From Acidimicrobiaceae bacterium (GTDB taxonomy: Bacteria; Actinomycetota; Acidimicrobiia; Acidimicrobiales; Aldehydirespiratoraceae), in assembly GCA_009835735.1 (NCBI GenBank), contig VXWX01000112.1:1994-65993 (forward strand): 64,000 nt of DNA, given 5' to 3'. Under the pieces are notes generated by a model that was not told where the DNA came from, ran no database searches, and worked only from the letters and a program-made list of their open reading frames with translations. Shown in pieces: positions 55,988 through 64,000 of the stretch (position 1 is the first letter of the stretch; each line of letters opens with the position of its first letter). The translations under genes and the position numbers were made by a program.

Positions 55988-58579
55988 ATGGAGACAGTTC
56001 TCGGAGCTCGGTCGGGCACCGCCTACGGCGACGGATGGGTCCGCAGCGCCTGCACCATCTGCATGAACAGATGCGGGATCCTGGCCCACGTCAATGATGA
56101 CGGTGTGGTCGACAAGATCCTCGGAGACCCCGACAATCCCCACAACGGCGGCCGCACCTGCGCCAAGGGCGATGCCGGTTTCGAGGGTCTCACCGACAGC
56201 GACCGCATCACCACGCCGCTGCGGCGCACCAACCCGACCAAGGGCGTAGGCGTCGATCCGGGATGGGTGCCCATTAGCTGGGACGAAGCGCTCGACGAGA
56301 TCGCCGGCCATCTGCGCGACACCATCGCCGATGACCCCGAGAAGATCCTCTACACCAGCTTCGACATCTTCCATCTGAGGGGCGCGCTGGCGGCGTCGTG
56401 GGTGACCGGTCTAGGAATGCCGGGCTACTCCACGTGGTCGGCCGCCATCTTCTGCGGCAACAACGTGCACGGCATCGCCTACATGAATCAGAACGCATTC
56501 GAGGGCACGCCCGACCCCACCTACAGCCGCTACATCCTCAACTTCGGGGCCCAGTTCGGCTCGGTCGTGCACTACGACACCATGCATGCCACCCACGAGC
56601 TGTCGGTGCGCCGCTCCGACGTGAAGCTGGTGTCGATCGACCCGGTCTGCTCGTCGGCAGCCGCCGTCGCCGATGAGTGGGTGCCGATCCGTCCCGGAAC
56701 CGATGCGGCGCTGATCCTCGGGATGGTCGATCAGCTCCTGAACGAACTGGGCATCTACGACCGCGAGTTCCTGAAGAACTTCACGAACGCCGCCTACCTA
56801 GTCGGCCCCGACGGCCGCTATGTCCGCGACCGTCACAGTGGCAAGCCCGTGGTGTGGGACGAGCACAATGGCGCCCAGCCCTTCGACGCGGGAACGGGCA
56901 ACGCCGCACTAAGGGGCACCTACGCCGTGGACGGCGTCGAGGCCCGACCCGGACTCCAGGTGCTGGCGGACCATGTGCGCGCCTACACGCCCGAATACGT
57001 CGAGTCGGTCACCACCGTGCCGGCCTCCACGGTGCGCCGCCTGGCCCGGGAGTTCGGCGAGGCGGCCTGCATTGGACACACGATCGAGATCGACGGCGTG
57101 GAACTGCCTTACCGGCCCGCCACCGCTATCTGGTACCGGGGTCTGTCGGCCCACAAGCACTCGATGCTCAACGGCCTGTCCATCATCCTGCTGCCCACGC
57201 TGGTGGGCGCCATCGACGTGCCCGGAGGCCTGCTGGGCGAGCCCTGGGGGCTGCTGGGCAAGGTCAAGGACCGCACCTACACCTCGACGGCCAGCGATGA
57301 CGGGCTGATCTCGCAGGGATTTATCGGCGGTGGTCGGGTGGGGGGCCTGTACCCGCCGCGGCCGACCAGTGCGCCCCGCACTACCGAGATGTGGGAACTG
57401 CTGCCGTGTGCCCCTTACGGGACCGTCTTCTCGCTGCTCAACTCGGAGCAGCCAGAGCTGTTCGGATCGCCGCCGTTCCCGTCGATGCTGCTCACCTACC
57501 AGTCCAACATGATGAAGACCTCGGGTCCGCCCGACATCGTCGAGCGGTTCATCCAGCGGATCCCCTTCGTGGCGTCGATCGCCAGGCGCTTCGAGGAGAC
57601 CACGATGATGGCCGACATCGTGCTGCCCGACCTCCACTACCTGGAGCGGCTCACACCGTTCGCCTACCAGCACCTCTCCTCGGGCGACGGCCTCCACTCG
57701 GTGTACGGGGCCAAGCCGGTGGTGGCTTCGACGATCCAGGGCCCGATCCCGGGTGAGCCCTATGTGGACGCCATGCAGATCTACCTGGAACTGCTGCGTC
57801 GTGCCGGCCGGCTGTCGCACTTCAACGAGGCCTTCAACAACATCGCCAAGATGCGAGAGCCCTACCGGCTCGACCCCGATACCAGCTATTCCTACTTCGA
57901 GATCTGCGACCGCTGGCTGCGCAACACCCTGGGAGACGGCAAGGGGCTCGACTGGCACCTCAGCGACGGTCTCTGGACCGACGACAAGACCGTGCAGGAG
58001 AAGTATCCGCGGCCGTTCTTCGAGGCGAGGGCCCAGGTGTACTTCGAGTTCATGCTGAAGGCCAAGGATGACTTGGAGCGCACGGTGCAGGAGCTCGGCA
58101 TCCCGTGGGAGACCGACGACTACCAGCCGCTGCCGGACTGGAAGCCGGGCCCGGCCTACGAGCGCAGCGCCCCCTACGACCTGTTCGTCACCAACATGAA
58201 GGTCCCTAACCACGCGCTGTCCCACACCCACAAGAACTCGATCCTGAACACGCTGTCGAACCGGCACAACGACCTGAAGTCGGTGTGGATCAACCCCAGG
58301 ACGGCAGCCGCCCGGGGCATTACCCACGGCGACCTGGTCGAAATCGAGACGACCCAGGGGCGGCGCCAGACGGCCACCGCCCGGGTCACCCAGCTCGTAC
58401 ATCCCGAGGTGCTGGCCACGCAGGGCTGCGGGGGCGGCTGGACCAAGGGCAGCGGCGGCGCTGAAGTGAACTTCAACGCTCTGCTCAACATCGATGTCGA
58501 GCACATCGACTTCGTGTCGGGCGCGCTCGACTCGGCCATCGCGGCCGACGTGCGCCCGGTGTCAGGTGGCCGACGGTGA
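55988..58579 (+). CDS. Molybdopterin (Mo/W-bisPGD) oxidoreductase catalytic subunit, no Tat signal (SoeA-like candidate)
   Basis: N-terminal FeS motif C-TIC-MNRC...C. Size and domain order are those of the DMSO-reductase family. The ATG at 55988 is preceded by GAGGAGG at 8-nt spacing (the track start at 55952 is less likely). Confidence 0.8.
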   Translation: METVLGARSGTAYGDGWVRSACTICMNRCGILAHVNDDGVVDKILGDPDNPHNGGRTCAKGDAGFEGLTDSDRITTPLRRTNPTKGVGVDPGWVPISWDEALDEIAGHLRDTIADDPEKILYTSFDIFHLRGALAASWVTGLGMPGYSTWSAAIFCGNNVHGIAYMNQNAFEGTPDPTYSRYILNFGAQFGSVVHYDTMHATHELSVRRSDVKLVSIDPVCSSAAAVADEWVPIRPGTDAALILGMVDQLLNELGIYDREFLKNFTNAAYLVGPDGRYVRDRHSGKPVVWDEHNGAQPFDAGTGNAALRGTYAVDGVEARPGLQVLADHVRAYTPEYVESVTTVPASTVRRLAREFGEAACIGHTIEIDGVELPYRPATAIWYRGLSAHKHSMLNGLSIILLPTLVGAIDVPGGLLGEPWGLLGKVKDRTYTSTASDDGLISQGFIGGGRVGGLYPPRPTSAPRTTEMWELLPCAPYGTVFSLLNSEQPELFGSPPFPSMLLTYQSNMMKTSGPPDIVERFIQRIPFVASIARRFEETTMMADIVLPDLHYLERLTPFAYQHLSSGDGLHSVYGAKPVVASTIQGPIPGEPYVDAMQIYLELLRRAGRLSHFNEAFNNIAKMREPYRLDPDTSYSYFEICDRWLRNTLGDGKGLDWHLSDGLWTDDKTVQEKYPRPFFEARAQVYFEFMLKAKDDLERTVQELGIPWETDDYQPLPDWKPGPAYERSAPYDLFVTNMKVPNHALSHTHKNSILNTLSNRHNDLKSVWINPRTAAARGITHGDLVEIETTQGRRQTATARVTQLVHPEVLATQGCGGGWTKGSGGAEVNFNALLNIDVEHIDFVSGALDSAIAADVRPVSGGRR

Positions 58580-59241
58580 CCCGCTGGGGGATGGTCATCG
58601 ACGCAGCCCGCTGCGTCGGCTGCCAAGCCTGCACCGTGGCCTGCAAGACCGAGAACCAGTCACCTCTCGACGCCTGGTACGCACCCGTCATCGAGTGGGA
58701 GTCCGGCGAGTTCCCCGACGCCACCCTCAATTACCTGCCGGTGCTGTGCAACCACTGCGAGGACGCCCCGTGCGTGACCGCCTGCCCGTCGGGAGCGCTC
58801 ACGCGCCGCGACGACGGCATCGTGATGGCCGACGAGGACGTGTGCATCGGCTCTCGGGCTTGCATGACAGCCTGCCCCTACGGTGCACTGCACTTCTTCG
58901 AGGACCGCGGCACGGTGGCCGTGGAGGGCGCCCCCGCCGAGGCCGTGCCCAGCGTGCCGGAACGCTACGCGCACCAACGCCACGTGCGGGGCGCGGTGTC
59001 GAAGTGCACCTACTGCGCCCACAAGATCGACTTCGGCCTCGAGAACGGCCTCGAGGTCGGGGTGCATCCCCTGGCCACGCCCGCCTGCGTGGTCACCTGC
59101 CCGGCCGAGTGCCGGATCTTCGGCGACCTCGACGACCCCGACAGCAACGTGAGCCAGTACCTGGCCGAGCACAGCGGCGGCGAAGTGCTCAGACCGGACG
59201 CGAAGACGCTGCCGAGCACCCAGTATGTGGGGCTCCCATGA
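58576..59241 (+). CDS. 4Fe-4S ferredoxin-type subunit (DmsB/PsrB/SoeB-like)
   Basis: Multiple CxxCxxCxxxCP clusters (CVGCQACTVAC, CNHCEDAPCVTACP, CIGSRACMTACP, CTYC...CVVTCP). GTGA overlap with the upstream gene. Confidence 0.85.
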   Translation: MTRWGMVIDAARCVGCQACTVACKTENQSPLDAWYAPVIEWESGEFPDATLNYLPVLCNHCEDAPCVTACPSGALTRRDDGIVMADEDVCIGSRACMTACPYGALHFFEDRGTVAVEGAPAEAVPSVPERYAHQRHVRGAVSKCTYCAHKIDFGLENGLEVGVHPLATPACVVTCPAECRIFGDLDDPDSNVSQYLAEHSGGEVLRPDAKTLPSTQYVGLP

Positions 59242-60251
59242 CTGCGGTCAGTCCGACGGCTGGGGGAGGTGCCGGCCCCCAGAACGTGTTCATGGACCAG
59301 TTCAACCTGGAGGCCCGCACCCAGAGGGTGTGGGACATCAACCACGCCATCTGGTTCACGCTGATGGGAGTCGGCGGGGGAGTGTTCCTGGTCGGGCGGA
59401 TCCTGAACCTCACCGAGGGTCTCGGCTACCTGCTCGGGATCCCCACCGTCGATGTGGTCAGCTTCCTGGCGATCGCGGTCGGCGGGGCGATCCTGGTCGC
59501 CGATCTGGGCCGGCCCCTCCAGGCCTGGAGGGCCTTCGTCAATGTGCGCACGAGTTGGATTTCCTGGGGGGCGTGGTCCGATCTGATCTTCCTAGTCGTG
59601 GCCGGTTTGCTGGTACTCCCCGCGTTGAGCCTGGGCGGATCAGAGCCGTTCTCCGGGTTGGGATGGGATCCCCACGGCGGCGACGGTGGCGGCCTCGCGC
59701 TGGAGATCATCGCCGGCGTGGCCGCAGTGGTGGTGATGACCTACGCGGGGGCGGTCCTGGCCCGGCCCCGTGCCATCCCGTACTGGAACTCGCCGGCGGT
59801 GCCGCTTCAGTTCCTGCTGTCGTCGGCCGCGATGTCGGTGGCGGTGGTGATGCTGATCGAGGTGATCGCGGGCGAGCCGGTGAGCTCGGGTCAGATGGTG
59901 TTGCTGGGCTTGCTCGCGGCGGGCCTGACGGTGACGGTGGTCGGGCACTTGCTGGCCCGGACCGATGCTCCCGGCAAGAAGGAGAGTCTGGATCGGCTGT
60001 TGCGGGGCCGGTACCGCTCGATGTTCGTGTGGGGGGTCTTCGCGGGCGGGACGGTCGCTCCGGCGATTCTCGCCTTCGTGGGCGCCGGCGCGTCCGGCGC
60101 CCGTGGCGCGCTAGCCCTCATCTGCTGTGTGCTTCTCGTGCCGGGCGGCTTCTGGCTACGGCTGCTCACCCTCCGGGTGGGGATCTTCCCACCGGTGCAC
60201 ATTCCTGGCGTCGGCGGGCCGCGGTCTGTCGCCACGCCTGCTGGAGGCTGA
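59238..60251 (+). CDS. NrfD/PsrC-family membrane anchor subunit (SoeC-like)
   Basis: About 8 hydrophobic helices. ATGA overlap with the FeS-subunit stop. Confidence 0.75.
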   Translation: MTAVSPTAGGGAGPQNVFMDQFNLEARTQRVWDINHAIWFTLMGVGGGVFLVGRILNLTEGLGYLLGIPTVDVVSFLAIAVGGAILVADLGRPLQAWRAFVNVRTSWISWGAWSDLIFLVVAGLLVLPALSLGGSEPFSGLGWDPHGGDGGGLALEIIAGVAAVVVMTYAGAVLARPRAIPYWNSPAVPLQFLLSSAAMSVAVVMLIEVIAGEPVSSGQMVLLGLLAAGLTVTVVGHLLARTDAPGKKESLDRLLRGRYRSMFVWGVFAGGTVAPAILAFVGAGASGARGALALICCVLLVPGGFWLRLLTLRVGIFPPVHIPGVGGPRSVATPAGG

Positions 60252-60261
60252 CACTGTGGCC

Positions 60262-60768
60262 ATGACCGCGGCCGCGCTCGACGCGGCCCACGACGGCCTG
60301 CGGGCCGCGGGAATCGACTTCGTGTCGGGCCTGCCCGACGGCTGGCAGCGGCCCCTGCATGAGCGGGTCGAGATAGACCCCGAGATCCGCTATGTGCCGG
60401 TGTGCAACGAGGGCGTCGGGTTCTCGATCTGCGCCGGGGCCTGGCTGGGGGGTAAGAAGCCCGCGCTGATAATGGAGAACAGCGGGATCAGGGTGGCCTC
60501 GGAGTACATCGCCCGTATCTCGCTCGGGACCGGCGTGCCGGTCACGCTGCTGTGCTCGTACCGGGGCGACGTGGGCGAGACGGAGCACTGGGGGATCCCT
60601 CACGGCATCGTGGCCGAGCCGCTGCTGCAGGCCCTGAGGGTCAAGTACTTGGTCGTGCGCCACGTCGAGGATCTGGCTAAGTCGATCGTGCGGGCCAAGC
60701 GCATAGCTGAGGCCCAGCTCCATCCCGCGGCCGTGCTGGTGTCGGGCGACTGCGTGTGGGAGGACTGA
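60262..60768 (+). CDS. TPP-dependent decarboxylase alpha subunit (sulfopyruvate/phosphonopyruvate decarboxylase ComD-like)
   Basis: 168 aa corresponding to a TPP-enzyme N-terminal pyrimidine-binding domain (VPVCNEGVGFSICAGAWLGG). It starts 10 nt after the NrfD-like stop. Confidence 0.65.
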   Translation: MTAAALDAAHDGLRAAGIDFVSGLPDGWQRPLHERVEIDPEIRYVPVCNEGVGFSICAGAWLGGKKPALIMENSGIRVASEYIARISLGTGVPVTLLCSYRGDVGETEHWGIPHGIVAEPLLQALRVKYLVVRHVEDLAKSIVRAKRIAEAQLHPAAVLVSGDCVWED

Positions 60769-60771
60769 GGG

Positions 60772-61425
60772 GTGGCCCTGGACCGCTACGAGTGGCTGGG
60801 CCGGCTGGCCAACCGGCTGCCGGAGGACTGCCTGGTGATGTCCACCTACATCGGGGCGGTGTCGTTCGAGTGGGGCCACCACACCGAGGAGCACCATCGC
60901 ACCGCCCACCTGGGCCAGATGGGCGACGTGATCGGCCTGGCCCTGGGCCTGGCGCTGGCTCTGCCGCACCGCAAGGTCGTGTGCCTCGACGGTGACGGGT
61001 CGGTGCTCATGGAGCTGGGCCAGCTGGTGGCTATGGGTGAGCAGCAGCCCGGCAACCTGGTGGTATTCGTGGTGGACAACGGTGTTTACGAGTCGATCGG
61101 CTGGAGCGGCCAGGGCCGGCGGCCCACGGCGACGGCCGGCCATGTGGATCTCGCCGCCATCGCGGCGGGATGTGGGGTGCCCTACACCGTGGACGTCACC
61201 GCCGAGGACGAACTCGACGCCGAGATCGAGTTGGCCTTCTCCCGCAGCGTGTGCAGCTTCATCAACGTGCGCACCCGGCCCGGCCACTCCCACGTGCGAC
61301 CCCGCCGCACCGACGGCATAGAGGACAAGTACCGCTTCGTGCGCTACGTCGAGCGCCTAGAAGGCATATGGATCACCGGAGTCCCACCCCAGGACATAGC
61401 CCTCATGAAGGGCAAGGAGCACTAG
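60772..61425 (+). CDS. TPP-dependent decarboxylase beta subunit (ComE-like)
   Basis: TPP-binding motif LDGDGSVLMELGQLV...VVDNGVYES. It starts 3 nt after the alpha-subunit stop. Confidence 0.65.
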   Translation: MALDRYEWLGRLANRLPEDCLVMSTYIGAVSFEWGHHTEEHHRTAHLGQMGDVIGLALGLALALPHRKVVCLDGDGSVLMELGQLVAMGEQQPGNLVVFVVDNGVYESIGWSGQGRRPTATAGHVDLAAIAAGCGVPYTVDVTAEDELDAEIELAFSRSVCSFINVRTRPGHSHVRPRRTDGIEDKYRFVRYVERLEGIWITGVPPQDIALMKGKEH

Positions 61426-61483
61426 CTCCTAGCCGCGAAGCGAGGCGCTGCACCAGGACTGACGGGGCAGTGGTCAGAGGCGC

Positions 61484-61837
61484 TCACGCCGTGGCTACGG
61501 AAGGAACGAGCTTTCTCCTATAGGGGTCGACTGCGAGGCGCAGGCCCTCCAGTGTGTAGGCGCCGAGCAGGGGAGGGCCGTCGTCCTCACCGAAGAAGAC
61601 CCACGTCGGAGTGGTGCGACCATCGATGGTGGCGTGAGCCTGCCCGAGGTCGTACGTGACCTGCCTGCCGTCGGCGAGGGTCACGTGGTGCCGGTCGGTC
61701 GGCTCCACCCCCAATTGCCGCAGGATGGCAGACGGCACGATGCTGTAGCTCGCGCCAGTGTCGACGAGCGTTTCGATCTCGACGCTGCGCTCGCCGTCCA
61801 AACTGTCAAATCGAACCATGCAGTTGAATGTTCCCAT
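61484..61837 (-). CDS. Retropepsin-like (clan AA) aspartyl protease domain protein
   Basis: LVDTGAS active-site motif and about 117 aa. ATG at 61837. Confidence 0.6.
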   Translation of the reverse strand: MGTFNCMVRFDSLDGERSVEIETLVDTGASYSIVPSAILRQLGVEPTDRHHVTLADGRQVTYDLGQAHATIDGRTTPTWVFFGEDDGPPLLGAYTLEGLRLAVDPYRRKLVPSVATA

Positions 61838-61872
61838 TCGTGCCCCCGCCGTGCGTCCCACCGGTGTAACCT

Positions 61873-61901
61873 AATTTACATGCTGTTTACTGTTATTCCA
61901 A
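61873..61901 (-). promoter_or_regulatory. Candidate promoter for the aspartyl-protease gene
   Basis: The minus strand reads TTGGAA, a 17-nt spacer, then TAAATT. It lies within a visibly AT-richer intergenic segment. Confidence 0.3.
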
Positions 61902-61979
61902 CCAGGATGGCTTGATGGTCGCACCGTGACAACCCCTGATCGCTCAACCCGGGACCCCCAGGCCGACCGCCCGGTTCTC

Positions 61980-63113
61980 CTAGCTGGCCTCCGGGTCGGA
62001 CAGGCGGAGGTCGGCGAACTCGTGGGGGTTGCGGTCACCGACCAGCACGTGCTGGCTGCCGGCGTGCATGTCGCGGAAGCAGCGCTGCAGCGGGCCGTCC
62101 CGCAGCGCCTCGGTGCCGCACCACTCGTAGAGGCTGCGGATCAGGGCCAAGCCCTCCTGGGTGAGCAGCGTGGCCGACTGCTTGACGTTGGTGGCCAGCA
62201 CCGGGTCGCGGCCCGAGCCGGCCTCGGCCGCCTGCTCGGCCGTGCGGAACGCCTGCCGGCACCAGGTCTCGGCCGCTTCGAAGCGCGACACCGCCATGGC
62301 GAACTCGTAACGGAAGCGGGGATCCTCGGCGATGACCGACGGCGCGGCCATACGGGCCCGGACCTTGGCGATGGCCACTGCCTCGTCGATGGCTCGCCGG
62401 ATCACCCCGATCGTCCAGCCCATGTGGCCGATCTCGGTGAGGATGATCACGCCGAGGTCATACATGGGGCCGCCCCTGTACCGGGTGGGGGAGAAGAACT
62501 CGAAGGTGGCGTGGGCGGGTACGTCGGTGTCGATGCTGTAGTCGTAGGACGACGTGGCCCGCAGCCCCAGCACGTCCCAGTTGCCGAGCAACTCCACTTC
62601 GGAGCGGGGCATCATCATCAGGCGGAACTCGGCTTGCTCGCCCTCGGGCGGGGCGGTGAAGGCGCCCCCGCCAACCCAGTCGGCATGGGCAACACCCGAC
62701 CCGAAGCTGTACTTGCCGGTGAGCCGGTACGTGTCGCCGTTGGGCACAGCGGTGCCGTTGGGCGCGAACTGGCCTGCCACGACCGGAACGACACCTCCGG
62801 CGAACATCTCGTCGGTGAAGCTGTCACCGCAGTAGGCGCCGAAGAAGCAGGCGGCGGTGGCTCCGGCCATGAGGGACCACCCCACGGAGCCGTCGCCGTA
62901 GGCCACCTCGGCGAAGACGTCCAGGCAGTCGTCGATGGGCAGTTCGGCACCGCCCACCGCACGCGGCGACAAGGTGCCGTACAGGCCTGCCTCGAAGCAG
63001 GCGCTCACCAACTCCTGCGGCAGAGCGGTCGCACCGCTCTCCGCGGCCGCCGCGCCGGCGGCATCGACCGTCGAGCGCAACTCGCGGGCCCGCTCCAGCA
63101 GTTCGGATCCCAT
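61980..63113 (-). CDS. Acyl-CoA-dehydrogenase-fold flavoprotein (possibly SfnB/DszC-like monooxygenase type)
   Basis: 377 aa with an ACAD-like N-terminal and middle domain (DGSVGWSL..., GKYSFGSG). It lacks the typical ACAD C-terminal signature I would expect. Confidence 0.6.
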   Translation of the reverse strand: MGSELLERARELRSTVDAAGAAAAESGATALPQELVSACFEAGLYGTLSPRAVGGAELPIDDCLDVFAEVAYGDGSVGWSLMAGATAACFFGAYCGDSFTDEMFAGGVVPVVAGQFAPNGTAVPNGDTYRLTGKYSFGSGVAHADWVGGGAFTAPPEGEQAEFRLMMMPRSEVELLGNWDVLGLRATSSYDYSIDTDVPAHATFEFFSPTRYRGGPMYDLGVIILTEIGHMGWTIGVIRRAIDEAVAIAKVRARMAAPSVIAEDPRFRYEFAMAVSRFEAAETWCRQAFRTAEQAAEAGSGRDPVLATNVKQSATLLTQEGLALIRSLYEWCGTEALRDGPLQRCFRDMHAGSQHVLVGDRNPHEFADLRLSDPEAS

Positions 63114-63123
63114 CCGCTCGGCC

Positions 63124-64000
63124 CTAGGCGACGGTCCGAAGCGACTCGGCCATGGTGTCGATGATCCGGCCGATCTCGTCGTCGGTGATCACCAGCGGCG
63201 GGCACAGCGCCAGCACGTCGTTTATGGGCCGCACGATCACACCGCGCCGCAGCATGTCGTTGCGGACGTCCATCGACTGGCGGTTCAGCACCGCGGCCTG
63301 GACCGCGCCCTCGCCGCGGTGCGACGCGATAAGCCCGTCGGCGGCCAGCGCCGCGAGCCCCTCGGTGAGCTTGGCCCCCACATGGTTGGCCCGGTCCACG
63401 AGACCCTCGTCGGTGATGATCTCCAGGTTCTTGACCGCGGCGGCGGCCACGGTGGGGTGGCCCGAGTAGGTGTAGCCGGTGCGCAGCAGGAAGCCGGGCT
63501 CCTCGAGGTTCTCGCACACCCGGCGGCTCACGATCACGCCGCTGAGGGGCAGGTAGCCGGAGGTCACGCCCTTGGCGAAGGTCATCATGTCGGGGGTCAC
63601 GCCGAACGTCTGGGCTCCGAACCACTCGCCGGTGCGGCCGAATCCGCAGATCACCTCGTCGAGGATCAGCAGGGCGCCGTGCTGGTCGCACAGCCGCCGG
63701 ACCCCGGCGAGGTAGCCCTCCGGCGGTGGGAACACCCCGCCCGCGCCCTGCACCGGCTCGGTGATGACCGCAGCCACCCGCTCGCCGTGCTCGGCGAACG
63801 CGGTGGCCATCACCTCGATGTCGTCGTTGGGGACCTCGATGAAGTGGGGGACCAGATCGCCCCATCCCTCGCGGTTGGGTTCGATGCCCTGGGCCGAGGT
63901 GCCCCCGAAGTTGGTGCCGTGGTAGCCGTTGGTGCGCCGTATCACCACCTGGCGCTCGGCTTCGCTGGTCCGCTGGGCGTAGAGGCGGGCGAGCTTGAGT
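63124..64000 (-). CDS. Class-III (omega) aminotransferase, 5' end outside the window
   Basis: ITEPVQGAGGV, LILDEVICGFGRTG and TFAKGVTSGY (PLP Lys) motifs. The reading frame continues to the window edge. Confidence 0.85.
   Translation of the reverse strand, partial: LKLARLYAQRTSEAERQVVIRRTNGYHGTNFGGTSAQGIEPNREGWGDLVPHFIEVPNDDIEVMATAFAEHGERVAAVITEPVQGAGGVFPPPEGYLAGVRRLCDQHGALLILDEVICGFGRTGEWFGAQTFGVTPDMMTFAKGVTSGYLPLSGVIVSRRVCENLEEPGFLLRTGYTYSGHPTVAAAAVKNLEIITDEGLVDRANHVGAKLTEGLAALAADGLIASHRGEGAVQAAVLNRQSMDVRNDMLRRGVIVRPINDVLALCPPLVITDDEIGRIIDTMAESLRTVA

Overview
High-GC bacterial chromosome segment, probably actinobacterial. The lineage call rests on a TIGR03083-type mycothiol-dependent/DinB-like protein, a septum-formation lipoprotein and strong GC3 codon bias. 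The window is densely coding: about 60 CDS, many joined by ATGA/GTGA/TGATG overlaps. I saw no rRNA, tRNA, CRISPR array, transposase or integrase.

Gene content by region:
- 1-9.4 kb: fatty-acid/CoA-type genes (SDRs, acyl-CoA ligase, acyl-CoA dehydrogenase, crotonase, PF04909 amidohydrolase) and an orphan MutA-like gene.
- 9.5-20 kb: housekeeping genes (plsC-like, icd, an ABC exporter pair, mdh, fpg/nei, SulP, a desaturase).
- 20.5-32.2 kb: a choline/glycine-betaine/one-carbon island (non-Pyl MttB-family methyltransferase, Rieske oxygenase, DMG/sarcosine dehydrogenase, GFA, betA). It lies next to a minus-strand operon that contains a recoded (UGA = Sec) UGSC-motif selenoprotein.
- 32.2-40 kb: metY, an alpha/beta hydrolase, an MFS transporter and an ATPase-less peptide-type ABC importer.
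- 40.4-46.6 kb: a tightly coupled six-gene corrinoid methyl-transfer operon (corrinoid protein, DUF1638, 'virulence factor'-family protein, methyl-THF methyltransferase, RACo-type activator, second MttB).
- 46.8-55.9 kb: leuS, a YcaQ/AlkZ-like protein, Nudix, tag and amidohydrolases.
- 56-61.4 kb: a Tat-less Mo-bisPGD/FeS/NrfD enzyme (SoeABC-like) co-operonic with a split TPP decarboxylase (ComDE-like).
- 61.5-64 kb: a retropepsin-like protease, an ACAD-fold protein and a class-III aminotransferase cut by the window end.

The strongest findings are the selenoprotein with a SECIS-like hairpin that the ORF track splits into two pieces, its unknown-function operon, the two methylamine demethylation modules, the SoeABC/ComDE-like operon, and a 47-nt nested-palindrome repeat family. 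All functional calls come from motif and family recognition by eye; no database search was possible.
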